64,000 nt of DNA from Thainema sp. (GTDB taxonomy: Bacteria; Cyanobacteriota; Cyanobacteriia; Phormidesmidales; Phormidesmidaceae): the NCBI GenBank assembly GCA_052168235.1, contig JBQLZK010000007.1:97833-161832 (forward strand), in the 5' to 3' direction. The first letter of the stretch is position 1; each line of letters begins with the position of its first letter. Both the position numbers and the translations under genes were made by a program. Shown in pieces: positions 41,348 through 52,042 of this stretch. The notes beneath the pieces are model-generated. The model saw only the letters and a program-made list of their open reading frames with translations, was not told where the DNA came from and ran no database searches.

Positions 41348-43057
41348 CTAGAACAAGAAATAACGCTGAGCCATCGGTAAAACCGTAGCGGGTTCACACG
41401 TAAGCAGCTCACCGTCGGCTCGCACTTCGTAGGTTTCCGGGTCAACCTCAATATGGGGTAAGTTATCGTTGAGCTTGAGATCTGCTTTACCGATATTGCG
41501 CGTATTGGCAACTGCGATCGCAGTTTTTTGCAGACCAAGCTGCTCCGGTACACCTAGATCCAGCGCCGCTTGGGAGATAAACGTCAGCGATGTAGTTGAG
41601 ATCGCACCGCCATAGCTACCAAACATCGGTCGCATATGAATCGGCTGCGGCGTCGGGATACTGGCATTTGGATCGCCCATCTGCGCCCAGGCAATCACAC
41701 CACCTTTAATCACCAGTTCGGGCTTGACGCCAAAGAAGGCGGGCTTCCATAGGCAAAGATCGGCCAGCTTACCCTCTTCAACTGAACCAACCTCATGGGC
41801 AATGCCGTGGGTGATAGCGGGATTAATTGTGTACTTGGCCACATAGCGTTTAGCCCGATTGTTGTCGTTGCGATCGCTATCTTCCGCCAGTGCCCCTCGC
41901 TGCACTTTCATCTTGTGCGCCGTCTGCCAGGTGCGAATAACCACTTCGCCAACCCGCCCCATCGCCTGCGAGTCCGAGGCAATCATGCTGAACGCGCCCA
42001 GGTCATGCAGAATATCTTCCGCCGCAATTGTCTCCCGCCGAATCCGCGACTCCGCAAAGGCAACGTCTTCTGGAATGCTGGGGCTGAGGTGATGGCAAAC
42101 CATCAGCATATCCAGGTGCTCGTCTAGAGTATTCACCGTGTAAGGCCGCGTGGGATTGGTAGACGACGGCAAAACGTTGGCCTGACCACACACTTTAATA
42201 ATGTCCGGCGCATGGCCACCGCCCGCCCCTTCGGTGTGATAGGTATGAATCGCCCGATTCTTAAAGGCGGCGATGGTATTCTCGACAAATCCCGCCTCAT
42301 TCAGCGTATCGGTGTGAATTGCAACTTGTATATCGTATTCATCGGCAATGCTTAAACAGGTATCAATCGTGGCCGGGGTTGTGCCCCAGTCTTCATGCAG
42401 CTTCAGCCCCATCGCACCCGCTTTCACCTGTTCCGCCAGACCATCAGGCTGACTGCTGTTGCCTTTACCGAGAAAACCTAAATTCATCGGAAACGCCTCA
42501 GCAGCCTGCAGCATCCGGTACATATTCCAAGCTCCGGGCGTACAGGTTGTCGCGTTCGTGCCCGTTGCGGGGCCAGTGCCACCGCCGATCATGGTTGTTA
42601 CGCCAGATGCGATCGCAGTTTCAATCTGCTGCGGACAAATAAAGTGAATGTGGGAATCAATGCCGCCTGCCGTGAGAATCATGCCCTCACCCGCAACTGC
42701 TTCTGTAGCAGGGCCAATGATAATGTCTACATTGTTTTGAATATAGGGATTACCCGCTTTGCCAATCTTGGCAATTCGACCGTCCTTGATACCAATATCT
42801 GCTTTAACAATGCCCCACCAGTCCAGAATCAACGCATTGGTAATCACCATATCCACCGCGCCGTTCTCACGCGAAATCGGTGACTGCCCCATGCCGTCCC
42901 GGATTACTTTACCGCCGCCAAACTTAACTTCATCCCCATAGGGCGTAAAGTCTTGTTCAACCTCGAGAATCAACTCAGTATCCGCAAGACGAATGCGATC
43001 GCCCACAGTTGGGCCATATGTCTCGGCATAGGCGCGGCGATCCATGCGATACCCCAT
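41348..43057 (-). CDS. ureC: Urease subunit alpha
   Basis: [45 protein letters not shown] and C-terminal PMAQRYFLF. Confidence 0.97.
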   Translation of the reverse strand: MGYRMDRRAYAETYGPTVGDRIRLADTELILEVEQDFTPYGDEVKFGGGKVIRDGMGQSPISRENGAVDMVITNALILDWWGIVKADIGIKDGRIAKIGKAGNPYIQNNVDIIIGPATEAVAGEGMILTAGGIDSHIHFICPQQIETAIASGVTTMIGGGTGPATGTNATTCTPGAWNMYRMLQAAEAFPMNLGFLGKGNSSQPDGLAEQVKAGAMGLKLHEDWGTTPATIDTCLSIADEYDIQVAIHTDTLNEAGFVENTIAAFKNRAIHTYHTEGAGGGHAPDIIKVCGQANVLPSSTNPTRPYTVNTLDEHLDMLMVCHHLSPSIPEDVAFAESRIRRETIAAEDILHDLGAFSMIASDSQAMGRVGEVVIRTWQTAHKMKVQRGALAEDSDRNDNNRAKRYVAKYTINPAITHGIAHEVGSVEEGKLADLCLWKPAFFGVKPELVIKGGVIAWAQMGDPNASIPTPQPIHMRPMFGSYGGAISTTSLTFISQAALDLGVPEQLGLQKTAIAVANTRNIGKADLKLNDNLPHIEVDPETYEVRADGELLTCEPATVLPMAQRYFLF

Positions 43058-43194
43058 GCAGTGCTCCTCCTGGCAGTATTTAAATTAAGAGGTCTAATGT
43101 AGTGTACGAATTTTCGAGGAATGGTCAAGTAGCATACCATTCAAGATCTCAAATTAAGGCATCTACAAAATAGAGAAGCTTCAGGAAGAAGGTT

Positions 43195-43485
43195 ATGCCA
43201 GAAATTCGATTTCAGATTGAGTGGCCTGATGGAGTACAAGAAACCTGCTACTCGCCCTCTTTGATCGTGAAGGAATACTTTGAGCCAGGAAACGCTTATT
43301 CCCTAGCCGATTTTTTAGAAAAATCTCAGACCGCTCTCACCATTGCCAGCGATCGCGTTGCTGCTAAATACGGCTTTCCCTGTGGCCGAGCATTAGGACA
43401 GCTCCAGCAAATTGAGGCCAAGGTGCAACACTACCAGTCGCAAACCCCAGCCTCAACCGTCAAGCTCATTCAATTTTTACATTGA
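43195..43485 (+). CDS. MSMEG_0570-family small protein (Nit1C-cluster associated)
   Basis: MPE..F.I.WPDG....CYSPSL.V..YF..G..Y....F......AL.IAS.RV..KYGF.C..A pattern. Confidence 0.75.
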   Translation: MPEIRFQIEWPDGVQETCYSPSLIVKEYFEPGNAYSLADFLEKSQTALTIASDRVAAKYGFPCGRALGQLQQIEAKVQHYQSQTPASTVKLIQFLH

Positions 43486-43536
43486 ATTTTTACAGTAGTG
43501 TTATTGAACGTGACTGTACCGTCCAACCGTAATTTC

Positions 43537-44928
43537 TTAAACAGTGCCTGCGAGTAGCACATCCAGCGGAGTTCCAAATCCAATAGCTGCACGAACGGCA
43601 ACAACTAGTAGAATTACCCCTATTAATCCAGCCGTCATTTGCACATCCTGTTTCCAAAAAATGAGTTTTTCTCGCCAAGCACCGTACTGAATTGCTAGAT
43701 AAGACGGCAAGTCGCTGACTGCAACGGCTGCGATCGCACCGACAGTTCCAGCCAGATAAAACCCAAGCGGTAATCCTGCTGCTAATGTAATAAATCGTAA
43801 AAGGTTCGCTTGCGCACCGTAGACTGGTTTACCAACTCCCAATAAACAAGGACTCATGGTGTAAAACAGAACTGAGAACCAAACACCTAGAGAGAGAATA
43901 GACATCATCCAGGTTGCTTGCAAATATCGATCGTCATAAAGAATGCGAATTGCAATATCTCCAAAACAAACCAACCCAGCAACTAAACCCAGAAAGCTTA
44001 GCAACACAAACTTGCGCTTAGCTAAAATCTTCTTTCGTAGCTGATGACGTGGCAGTTCTGCGTTACCAGAAACAAGCGGGAAAATAACTTTCAAGCTAAC
44101 TTTCTTGATGATTTGTCGGGGTAAATCTGCCAGTGCAAAAGCAATTGAATACACACCTAGTAAGGCAAACGTAAACAGAGAACCTAATATCAATCGGTCA
44201 GACTGTTCTGCTAAAAACATCATCGTTGTTTCTAGCCAAACCCAGCGACCGAATGAAAAGATTTCAGTACGTGCTGCTTTTTCCCAAGCGAACCAGTTGT
44301 TCCGACCCGGTAAAACAAAGTGGCTGCTTAGCGTCCAGAGGAATGTACTCACTAAACTACCAACGGCTAAAGCCCAAACAGTTGGATTAATTGCAGCCCA
44401 AACAATCATGACGAAGATGCCAGCGACTTGGGTGGCTAATCCCAAAGCAGTCATCAGTCCCAGCTTCATCTCGCGATTTAGCGTGAATAGCTTAGTTGAA
44501 TTGAAACCATTAATGATAGTTGTGATGCCAACAACCGGAACGAGTTGAGCTAAGAGGGGTTCTTCATAAAAGCGAGCTAAGGGCACACTAACAGCAAGCA
44601 GTAATAGCCAAACTCCAAAGCCACGGATAATCTGCAACGTCCAAGCTGTATCTAAAAAAGCTTGATCGTTCCAGCGTTTGCTCTGAACGATGCTTTTGCC
44701 AACTCCAAAGTCAGATAGCCAAACTAATCCGATATATAGACTGTTAACAATAGCCATTAAGCCGAAGTATTCGGGCAGCAACAAGCGCGTTAAGACTAAA
44801 TTGCTAATAAACCGTACAACTTGGCTTGATCCAAATCCACCGATTGTCCAGATTGCACCGCGAACCGCTGATCCTTTAAGAGCTGCACGTCCTTTAGAAA
44901 TTGCGCGTCCGATCGAAAGAGAGGCCAT
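43537..44928 (-). CDS. Wzx-type oligosaccharide flippase
   Basis: LVLTRLLLPEYFGLMA, SDFG, DRLILG and LGVYSIA; about 12 TM helices. Confidence 0.88.
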   Translation of the reverse strand: MASLSIGRAISKGRAALKGSAVRGAIWTIGGFGSSQVVRFISNLVLTRLLLPEYFGLMAIVNSLYIGLVWLSDFGVGKSIVQSKRWNDQAFLDTAWTLQIIRGFGVWLLLLAVSVPLARFYEEPLLAQLVPVVGITTIINGFNSTKLFTLNREMKLGLMTALGLATQVAGIFVMIVWAAINPTVWALAVGSLVSTFLWTLSSHFVLPGRNNWFAWEKAARTEIFSFGRWVWLETTMMFLAEQSDRLILGSLFTFALLGVYSIAFALADLPRQIIKKVSLKVIFPLVSGNAELPRHQLRKKILAKRKFVLLSFLGLVAGLVCFGDIAIRILYDDRYLQATWMMSILSLGVWFSVLFYTMSPCLLGVGKPVYGAQANLLRFITLAAGLPLGFYLAGTVGAIAAVAVSDLPSYLAIQYGAWREKLIFWKQDVQMTAGLIGVILLVVAVRAAIGFGTPLDVLLAGTV

Positions 44929-44995
44929 GAGTTACCTTGTTTCTATACCTTACTTATTAGCAGCGTTTTAAGCTTGATGTACGATGAACAAGCTT

Positions 44996-46024
44996 TTATG
45001 AGCTTAGTGCCGCAATCGGCAAAGCTTGCGTTCTATCACGCCGAGATACAGTTGCAAAGCAGCGTTTTATAAAAGAGAATGTTTGACTTATTCCCGATTG
45101 AAGTCTTTGACGCTCATAGGCTGGAATTGCTACATCCTCAATAAAGGCTTGCCAGCGCTTGACGATAGCATCTGGCTCCGTTTCTTTGGCACGTTGAAAA
45201 CCATTTTCAATCATGGCCCGTCGTAGTTCTGGTTCTTCTTTCAAGCGTTTAAGAGCTGCGATCGCATCATGAACCGTCGTCACCTTAATAAAATCAAGCT
45301 CGTTGTGAAACTCGGCTTGGAATGCGGAATCATTGCCAACAATTGCAGGTACACCGGTATGCCAAGCATTAAACAATTTATTTGCTGGCTTAGCCGAATA
45401 GGTTTGCTGGTCAAAGCTTCGCACAGCAAGCACCGCATCTATATTGCTGTAGTCAGACCACAGCTCAGGTTCATCAGATAAAATCCAACACAGCCCCAGA
45501 TCGCTTAACTGCTCTAACCACCAATCACTTTTCAGTTCGGGCGCTAGATTGACTTTCCGGCCAAAGAAGGCAATGTTTTCAAAGCGATTGCCTCTTTGAG
45601 AATCACGAGGGATCAGTCCTTGCTGCAACCAAAACGGTATAAAGTGAGCATTCCAACAACCACTTAGAAATCTTGCTTCTTCAGGATTTTGAACAACATG
45701 TATAGCTGCATAGGGATGGGGCGTTCGCTCCGCCTTAATACAAACAGCTAGTAGTTTAGGGTTGAGCAATTTAGGATGCTTAGGCAGCAAATCATAATGT
45801 GCAATTACAATACCTTCGGTAGGAAGCTGATCAATAATCTGGCATGGAAATCCACTCGTACTCAAACGCAAGTAGGTTTGTATGGTGTGGTCATATTTTC
45901 CAGCAGATGGCCATAGATTTGGATCAGTCCAGCAGGTAATTGGCGTTTGCGGGATACCCTGCTCAGGCCACTCTGAGCGAGGTACATAAAAATACACAGG
46001 AACTTCGGGTTTTGACATGGTCAT
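44996..46024 (-). CDS. Putative GT-B glycosyltransferase-like protein
   Basis: KPANKLFNAW..GVPAI...MIENG..RA C-terminal GT-B motif; located in the polysaccharide cluster. Confidence 0.6.
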   Translation of the reverse strand: MTMSKPEVPVYFYVPRSEWPEQGIPQTPITCWTDPNLWPSAGKYDHTIQTYLRLSTSGFPCQIIDQLPTEGIVIAHYDLLPKHPKLLNPKLLAVCIKAERTPHPYAAIHVVQNPEEARFLSGCWNAHFIPFWLQQGLIPRDSQRGNRFENIAFFGRKVNLAPELKSDWWLEQLSDLGLCWILSDEPELWSDYSNIDAVLAVRSFDQQTYSAKPANKLFNAWHTGVPAIVGNDSAFQAEFHNELDFIKVTTVHDAIAALKRLKEEPELRRAMIENGFQRAKETEPDAIVKRWQAFIEDVAIPAYERQRLQSGISQTFSFIKRCFATVSRRDRTQALPIAALSS

Positions 46025-47053
46025 CGCAAAAAACATGCACCAATAATCATGCACTAGCACTGAATGGGGCAAATGGGCAGTCTTCTCATCCCAACTCATC
46101 CTCAATCAGCAGTCCTACCTATAGTGCCATCTAGAATTAGCTAAAAAGATGGCATAGAGTGAGCCTTATGCTAAGTAGCAGAACAGCAGTTGTGTATTTT
46201 CACTGAAACACACACTGAATCCACAGAGATTCCACAGCATGCCACTGGTCACAGCATACGTTCAATAACTGGCTTTGTTGTCTGAATTGCCTATAGGTTT
46301 GCACAATCTACATCCAATTATGTTGGAATTTACTGAAATCAACAAAATCTGCGGCAACGATGGCCGCCCACCTTTACACCAACAGCGTGAACACTGTCAC
46401 ACTGAGACAAAAGGCTTTGGCTCCTGCTCAAGCCTTCATAGTTCCATTTAGGTGTCTCAAAATTAGACCTCCCCTCAGACGAGCATTGATGAGAATATCT
46501 GAAGACGCTACAATGCTCCAGCAAGAAGCGATTTCGCTTAAGAATCATTTGTCAACTACTTACAGGTCACACCTCTGTCAGCAGCGGGGTGATCCAATCA
46601 AAAGAGTATTGGCTACACAGAGCCTTCACTTTAACTATTGTGGAACTTTATCATTCCGTTGAACATCAAAACGATTGCACAGTTCAGCTTAACCGTGGAA
46701 CCTACTCATCTGATGATTAAACCTTATGATCAAATGCCCTAACTTGGCTTTCTTATCATGCTAAGAGAATGTCAGAATTGTTCAAAATAGCCATCTGCTA
46801 GTTCAAGCTGGCTTTGCGAAGCTAAATCAACCTCTTAATAAAGTCTATATTGAACGCTGCCAAAATTTGTTGAAAGCACTAAGATTCAACGATTCTTTGG
46901 CATTCACTGTAAATTTGCTGATTTCATAGATAGAGTTGTTTGCAGAGAAGTGCTAACTTCAGGACTAGAACCAACTGTTTTATGTCTTAGTTCATACAAA
47001 AACGATATATCGACGTAACGGCTTGCCTTTGTGCAACCAATTGGATAGCGGGA

Positions 47054-48271
47054 ATGTCTTACTTCAGACTTTTTGAAAAAGCGTTTGCTGTTTTTGGACT
47101 CATGTATTTCGCTGGCACTTTAGATATTCTGGTTCCAGAATCGGTGCTTTCTCTGATGCGATATACCGTTCTGCTGTTTTCCATTTTTTTTATCGCGTTG
47201 CGATTTAAAGGCGCTATACGATCGCTTCGCAAAGATCCGTTCCTAGTTGTACTGATCACTTTGACGTTTGCATCATTTTTATGGTCAATTGCTCCTGATT
47301 CAACTATTCTAAGTCTCAGAAGTCAGGTCATTCAAATGATTGGTTTCGGCTTGTTTTTTGCGACCAGCTTTACACTCAAAGAGCAGTTAGAGTTAGTAGC
47401 GTTTGGGCTTGGCTTATCAGCTTTGATTAGTACTTTTTACGCTATCGTTCAACCTTCTATTGGGAAGCACCTATCTGGTCCTTTTGCTGGTGCTTGGAAA
47501 GGGGTTTATCCTCAAAAGAACGTATTAAGCCGACTAATGGTGCTGAGCTGTATGGCTTTTGCTTGTTTGAACAATAAAAACTATAGTAAGCGCTATTTGT
47601 TTGCATTCGGCTTCTATTTTTCATTGACTTTAGTTTTATTGTCTACTTCAAAAAGTGGCCTTATCGCTTCAATTTTTCTGGTCGCTTTCTTATTCTTGTA
47701 TCGACGATTTCGATGGCGAGGCGAAATTAGTGTGATCGCCATAGACTTAGTCTTTTTAAGCTCAGTTTTTTTGGTTGGTGTCATCATTGACAATTGGGAG
47801 CCTATTCTAGTCGGATTAGGACGCGATCCGACCTTGACTGGAAGAACATTGATTTGGAATGCCTCTCTAGATATGTTATTTCAGGATCGATTCTGGTTGG
47901 GTTATGGAAGAGACGCGTTTTGGAATACTAACCTGCCAGTTGAAGTTGGTCAGTCAGTTGCTCGGGGGTATGTTCCTCCTCATGCTCATAACGGATTCAT
48001 TGATTTGATGATTGACTTAGGTTTCATCGGTCTTTTTGTTTTTGCTCTAAGCCTTATCCACAATTTCATTAGAGCAATAAAAAAAGCCTATGCGGCGGAG
48101 CAGGGCGAAGATTTATGGCCACTTGCCTTTTTGGCATGCTTGACAATAGCCAACATCACTGAAAGCACGCTCATGCTACTGACCAACATCTTTTTTGTTT
48201 TATATGTTGCGATCGCATTTTCCGATTTTGCACCTAACCAGTCGCAGACAGATCAAGAGTCAAAAGTATGA
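47054..48271 (+). CDS. O-antigen ligase / Wzy polymerase-like protein
   Basis: W.G...QKN, STSKS, GRDPTLTGRT.IW, LGYG and HAHNGF...LG.IG. Confidence 0.88.
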   Translation: MSYFRLFEKAFAVFGLMYFAGTLDILVPESVLSLMRYTVLLFSIFFIALRFKGAIRSLRKDPFLVVLITLTFASFLWSIAPDSTILSLRSQVIQMIGFGLFFATSFTLKEQLELVAFGLGLSALISTFYAIVQPSIGKHLSGPFAGAWKGVYPQKNVLSRLMVLSCMAFACLNNKNYSKRYLFAFGFYFSLTLVLLSTSKSGLIASIFLVAFLFLYRRFRWRGEISVIAIDLVFLSSVFLVGVIIDNWEPILVGLGRDPTLTGRTLIWNASLDMLFQDRFWLGYGRDAFWNTNLPVEVGQSVARGYVPPHAHNGFIDLMIDLGFIGLFVFALSLIHNFIRAIKKAYAAEQGEDLWPLAFLACLTIANITESTLMLLTNIFFVLYVAIAFSDFAPNQSQTDQESKV

Positions 48272-48423
48272 AATCTTGTTTTATATCCGCAAAATTAAGC
48301 AAAGTTTACCAGCATAAGAACTAAATTTACTGATTCCTCACAGAACGCCTGCCGTCTTACAGTTGGCATACATTACACTGGGTTTGAAGACTGGCTAAGT
48401 TTTGACGCACGAAGGCAATTAAA

Positions 48424-49434
48424 ATGGTGACCTTAAACCATATTGGCATTGTTGTTATCGGACGCAACGAGGGAGATCGACTACGGCGATGCCTGAGTTC
48501 AGTTGTCGATAAGGTTGAGCATGTTGTTTATGTCGATTCCGCATCAACTGATGGCAGTTTAGAACTTGCGCGCAAGTTTGGAGTTGAAATTGTTGAACTC
48601 GATCCATCCAAGCCTTTTGCATCACCACGCTCTCGAAATGAAGGGTTTTACCATTTGATGCAGGTGGCTCCTCATCTCAAGTATGTTCAGTTTATTGACG
48701 GAGATTGTGAACTCAGCGACGGCTGGTTGGAGTACGCAGAGCAAACTCTGAGTGAAAGAAAAGATGTTGCTGTCGTCTGTGGTCGCAGACGGGAGCTATA
48801 TCCCGAGGCATCTATCTACAATCTGCTTTGTGATATCGAATGGGACACACCTGTTGGAGAAGCCCGCTCCTGTGGTGGCGACTCGATGATGCGACCGGAG
48901 GCATTCAAACAAGTTGGTGGATTTAATCCAGGGCTGATTGGTGGCGGTGAACCCGAATTATGTGTCCGTCTTCGACAAAATGGCTGGAAAATTCTTCGGT
49001 TAGACGCAGAAATGTCACTTCATGATGCCGATATTCAACGTTTCCAGCAGTGGTGGAACCGTAATCGCCGAGTTGGTCATGCCTATGCTGAAGGCTCCTG
49101 GTTACACGGTCGGAGTCCCGATCGCCACTGGGTAAAGGACAGTTGGAGCATCTGGACGTGGGGATTAGTACTACCACTAACTGCTCTATTTTTAGCGTGG
49201 CCGACACAGGGCTTGAGCTTGCTACTGCTCCTGGGATATCCGCTTCTAGTCGCCAAGATATACCTCAAAGAGGCCGCAAAGCTCGGCCATCGTCATGCTA
49301 TCATCTATGCCTTGTCTTGTGTAATTGGAAAGTTTCCATTGGCTTTAGGACAAATCCAATTCCATTGGAACCGCTTAAAAGGACGAGCTACTCGATTGGT
49401 CGAATACAAAGATGTAAAGTCAGTTGATGCTTAG
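48424..49434 (+). CDS. GT2 family glycosyltransferase
   Basis: VIGRNEG, YVDSASTDGS, RNEG, FIDGD and GGEPELC.RL. Confidence 0.9.
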   Translation: MVTLNHIGIVVIGRNEGDRLRRCLSSVVDKVEHVVYVDSASTDGSLELARKFGVEIVELDPSKPFASPRSRNEGFYHLMQVAPHLKYVQFIDGDCELSDGWLEYAEQTLSERKDVAVVCGRRRELYPEASIYNLLCDIEWDTPVGEARSCGGDSMMRPEAFKQVGGFNPGLIGGGEPELCVRLRQNGWKILRLDAEMSLHDADIQRFQQWWNRNRRVGHAYAEGSWLHGRSPDRHWVKDSWSIWTWGLVLPLTALFLAWPTQGLSLLLLLGYPLLVAKIYLKEAAKLGHRHAIIYALSCVIGKFPLALGQIQFHWNRLKGRATRLVEYKDVKSVDA

Positions 49435-49512
49435 GTTGTAAAGCCATAACCCACTCAGGGTGAGTAGTTGCATCAACAATTTTCATTCATCAAATAGCTC
49501 AACTTACTACAT

Positions 49513-49602
49513 TAGACCTTATCGGCAATTGTTTTGTAGCGCGGCTCCGCCGCGCTACAAAACAATTGCCAACCCCAAAAACTTTATTTCCAATAAAGTC
49601 TA
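49513..49602. mobile_element. MITE-like element with a central palindrome
   Basis: Ends TAGACCTTAT ... ATAAAGTCTA; palindrome GGCAATTGTTTTGTAGCGCGGC-TCC-GCCGCGCTACAAAACAATTGCC (49524-49570), near-identical to 13722-13760. Confidence 0.7.
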
Positions 49603-49638
49603 TTGCATCTAGCAGCTAACTTCAGGACTTACCTGAAG

Positions 49639-51699
49639 TTAGATTGCCATGAGCACCACCGTAGATCGGGCTTCTACACAGTAACCCTTAGCGGGTACGC
49701 GAGGAGCCTTTTCCGGAATAGGTGACATATCATCAGGCGACGGCAGCGCTGTATCAATAATGCGATGCCAGTGTTCGTCTTGGCCCAGTGGCGGCAGTTC
49801 AAATTCAAGTGGCACCCAATAGGCATTGCACATCACGTGTAGATGTTCATGAAAATCGGGATGATAGAGCGTAAACGCCAGTACATGGGACTCATGCTCC
49901 CAGCCTGGTTTACCCAACTTCATGCCGTGCCAGATCAGATAAGGATGTAAGGAATCATAGTTAACGGAGAGAATGCGCTCTTGCCGGAAGAGTTCCAGCG
50001 ACTGTGTAAACTGAATCAAGCCCCGCACAAACGCGAAAAAGTCGGCATGTTCTTCTAGCGCACTCCAGTTAAACCAGCTTAGCTCGTTGTCTTGGCAGTA
50101 GCTGTTGTTGTTCCCCTGCTGGCTGCGCCGAATTTCGTCACCCATCAGCAGCATCGGCGTTCCCTGAGACATAAACATCAGCGTCAGCAGGTTTTTACTC
50201 TGCCGCAGCCGCAGCGCATTGACCTTGGGGTGATCGGTCACGCCTTCGACACCGCAGTTCCAGCTAAAGTTGTGGTTTGCGCCATCCCGGTTGTCTTCCA
50301 GGTTCGCTTCGTTGTGCTTTTCGTTGTAAGAGACTAAATCGTTGAGCGTAAAGCCGTCGTGGCAGGTAATGAAATTAATGCTGCGGTTGGGTTCGCGGTT
50401 CGGGTCAGGATAGATATCGGGGCTACCCATAATTCGTGCCGCTAGGATACCAACCATGCCTTCGTCACCCCGAACAAAACGGCGCACGTCGTCGCGGAAT
50501 GGGCCATTCCACTCAGCAAAGCGATCGCCAATAAACGACCCAACCTGATACAGTCCAGCTGCATCCCAAGCTTCGGCAATGATCTTGCTGCCTGCCAATA
50601 CCGGATTGGATTCAATCGACCAGAGAATGGGCGGATCTTGCAGCGGTTCACCAGAGCGACTGCGCGAAAGCACCGAGGCCAGATCAAACCGGAAGCCATC
50701 GACATGCATTTCGGCTGTCCAATAAATCAGGCTATCAAGAATCATGCGCCCGACAATTTCATGATTCGCTTTTAGCGTATTGCCGCAACCGCTGTAGTTG
50801 CTGTATTCAGCCAGATTGTCTTCCAGCATGTAATAGGCTGAGTTCTCAAAGCCGCGAAAGGAGAAGGTTGGCCCATCTTGATTCCCTTCAGCCGTGTGAT
50901 TGAAAACGACATCCAGAATAACTTCAATTCCAGCTCGATGCAGGGCTTTGACCATGTCGCGAAATTCATCAACTGGCCCTAGTGGATCTTGGCGGGAGCT
51001 GTAGCTGCGGTGGGGAGCAAAGAAGGCCATTGGGCTATAGCCCCAGTAGTTACTCAGATCGAATGGAGCATCTTGTTCATCAAACTGATGAATCGGCAGT
51101 AGTTCGACTGCTGTGACTCCTAGCTCTTTCAGGTAGGGGATCTTTTCAATCACGCCTGCAAACGTGCCTTGCTTTTCAGGCGCAACGCCAGAGTTGGGAT
51201 TATGAGTAAATCCACCAACGTGCATTTCGTAAATGATCGTAGAAGAGTAGGGAATATTGGGCGGTTCATCTCCCTCCCAGTCGTAAGTACGGGTGTCAAC
51301 AACGACGCTGCGGAGCGACTGAGCGCAGTTATCGCCGGGTTCAATCGCGGCTTCTCGACTGTAGTGCTGCCAGCCCATGACAGCGCGAGCGTAGGGATCG
51401 AGTAAAACCTTTTGACCGTCAAAGCGATGCCCCAGTTCCGGTGCATAAGGCCCATAGGCACGATAGGCGTAAATTTGCCCAGGCTTTAGCCCCGGAACGA
51501 AGACGTGCCAGTAGTAAAACGTTTTGTTGTTTTTGGCGTTGAGGCGAATCACGTGGGCTGGTTTGAAGGCATCGTCATCTTCAAATAGCAGCAGCTCAAT
51601 GGAGGTGGCATGTTTTGAAAAAACGCAAAAGTTGACGCCTTCTGGGTAAACTGTTGCTCCAATGGGAAAGCTTTTGCCGGGAGAAATGTCTAACCCCAT
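49639..51699 (-). CDS. glgX: Glycogen debranching enzyme
   Basis: NYWGY, DVVFNHT, DGFRFDL, AEAWD, CHDGFTL.D and GNNN.YCQDN. Confidence 0.95.
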   Translation of the reverse strand: MGLDISPGKSFPIGATVYPEGVNFCVFSKHATSIELLLFEDDDAFKPAHVIRLNAKNNKTFYYWHVFVPGLKPGQIYAYRAYGPYAPELGHRFDGQKVLLDPYARAVMGWQHYSREAAIEPGDNCAQSLRSVVVDTRTYDWEGDEPPNIPYSSTIIYEMHVGGFTHNPNSGVAPEKQGTFAGVIEKIPYLKELGVTAVELLPIHQFDEQDAPFDLSNYWGYSPMAFFAPHRSYSSRQDPLGPVDEFRDMVKALHRAGIEVILDVVFNHTAEGNQDGPTFSFRGFENSAYYMLEDNLAEYSNYSGCGNTLKANHEIVGRMILDSLIYWTAEMHVDGFRFDLASVLSRSRSGEPLQDPPILWSIESNPVLAGSKIIAEAWDAAGLYQVGSFIGDRFAEWNGPFRDDVRRFVRGDEGMVGILAARIMGSPDIYPDPNREPNRSINFITCHDGFTLNDLVSYNEKHNEANLEDNRDGANHNFSWNCGVEGVTDHPKVNALRLRQSKNLLTLMFMSQGTPMLLMGDEIRRSQQGNNNSYCQDNELSWFNWSALEEHADFFAFVRGLIQFTQSLELFRQERILSVNYDSLHPYLIWHGMKLGKPGWEHESHVLAFTLYHPDFHEHLHVMCNAYWVPLEFELPPLGQDEHWHRIIDTALPSPDDMSPIPEKAPRVPAKGYCVEARSTVVLMAI

Positions 51700-51816
51700 A
51701 CTGTCCTGCCTGTTGCATCATCGGCGTGTTTACCGATACATACGCTAATTGTGAGTTGCGATCGCACGTGCAAACCGCAAACAGGATCACTCTTAGGAAA
51801 TGTTTAGGTTTCTTAG

Positions 51817-51914
51817 GATGAGGTAGAGGAGTGGGCGGGTAGGAGGGTGGATGGGTAAGGGGTGGCGGCGATGGTTGTGGGTGGGGGAGTTAATGAATGA
51901 GGCGGGAGAGGAGA
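51817..51914. repeat. G-rich degenerate short tandem repeats in the glgX/SpoIID divergent region
   Basis: GAGTGGGC-GGGTAGGA-GGGTGGAT-GGGTAAGG-GGTGG runs. Confidence 0.55.
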
Positions 51915-52042
51915 AACTTTATGTTCTAAACGGCGGTCAAGTTAGTCAGAGCTGTTTAGAATAGACGGGTAAATTCAGAATCATGCTCTGGGCTGAGTTC
52001 GGAGCGCTGTCCTCAAACCCTTATCCTCGATAAGTTCTCGCC

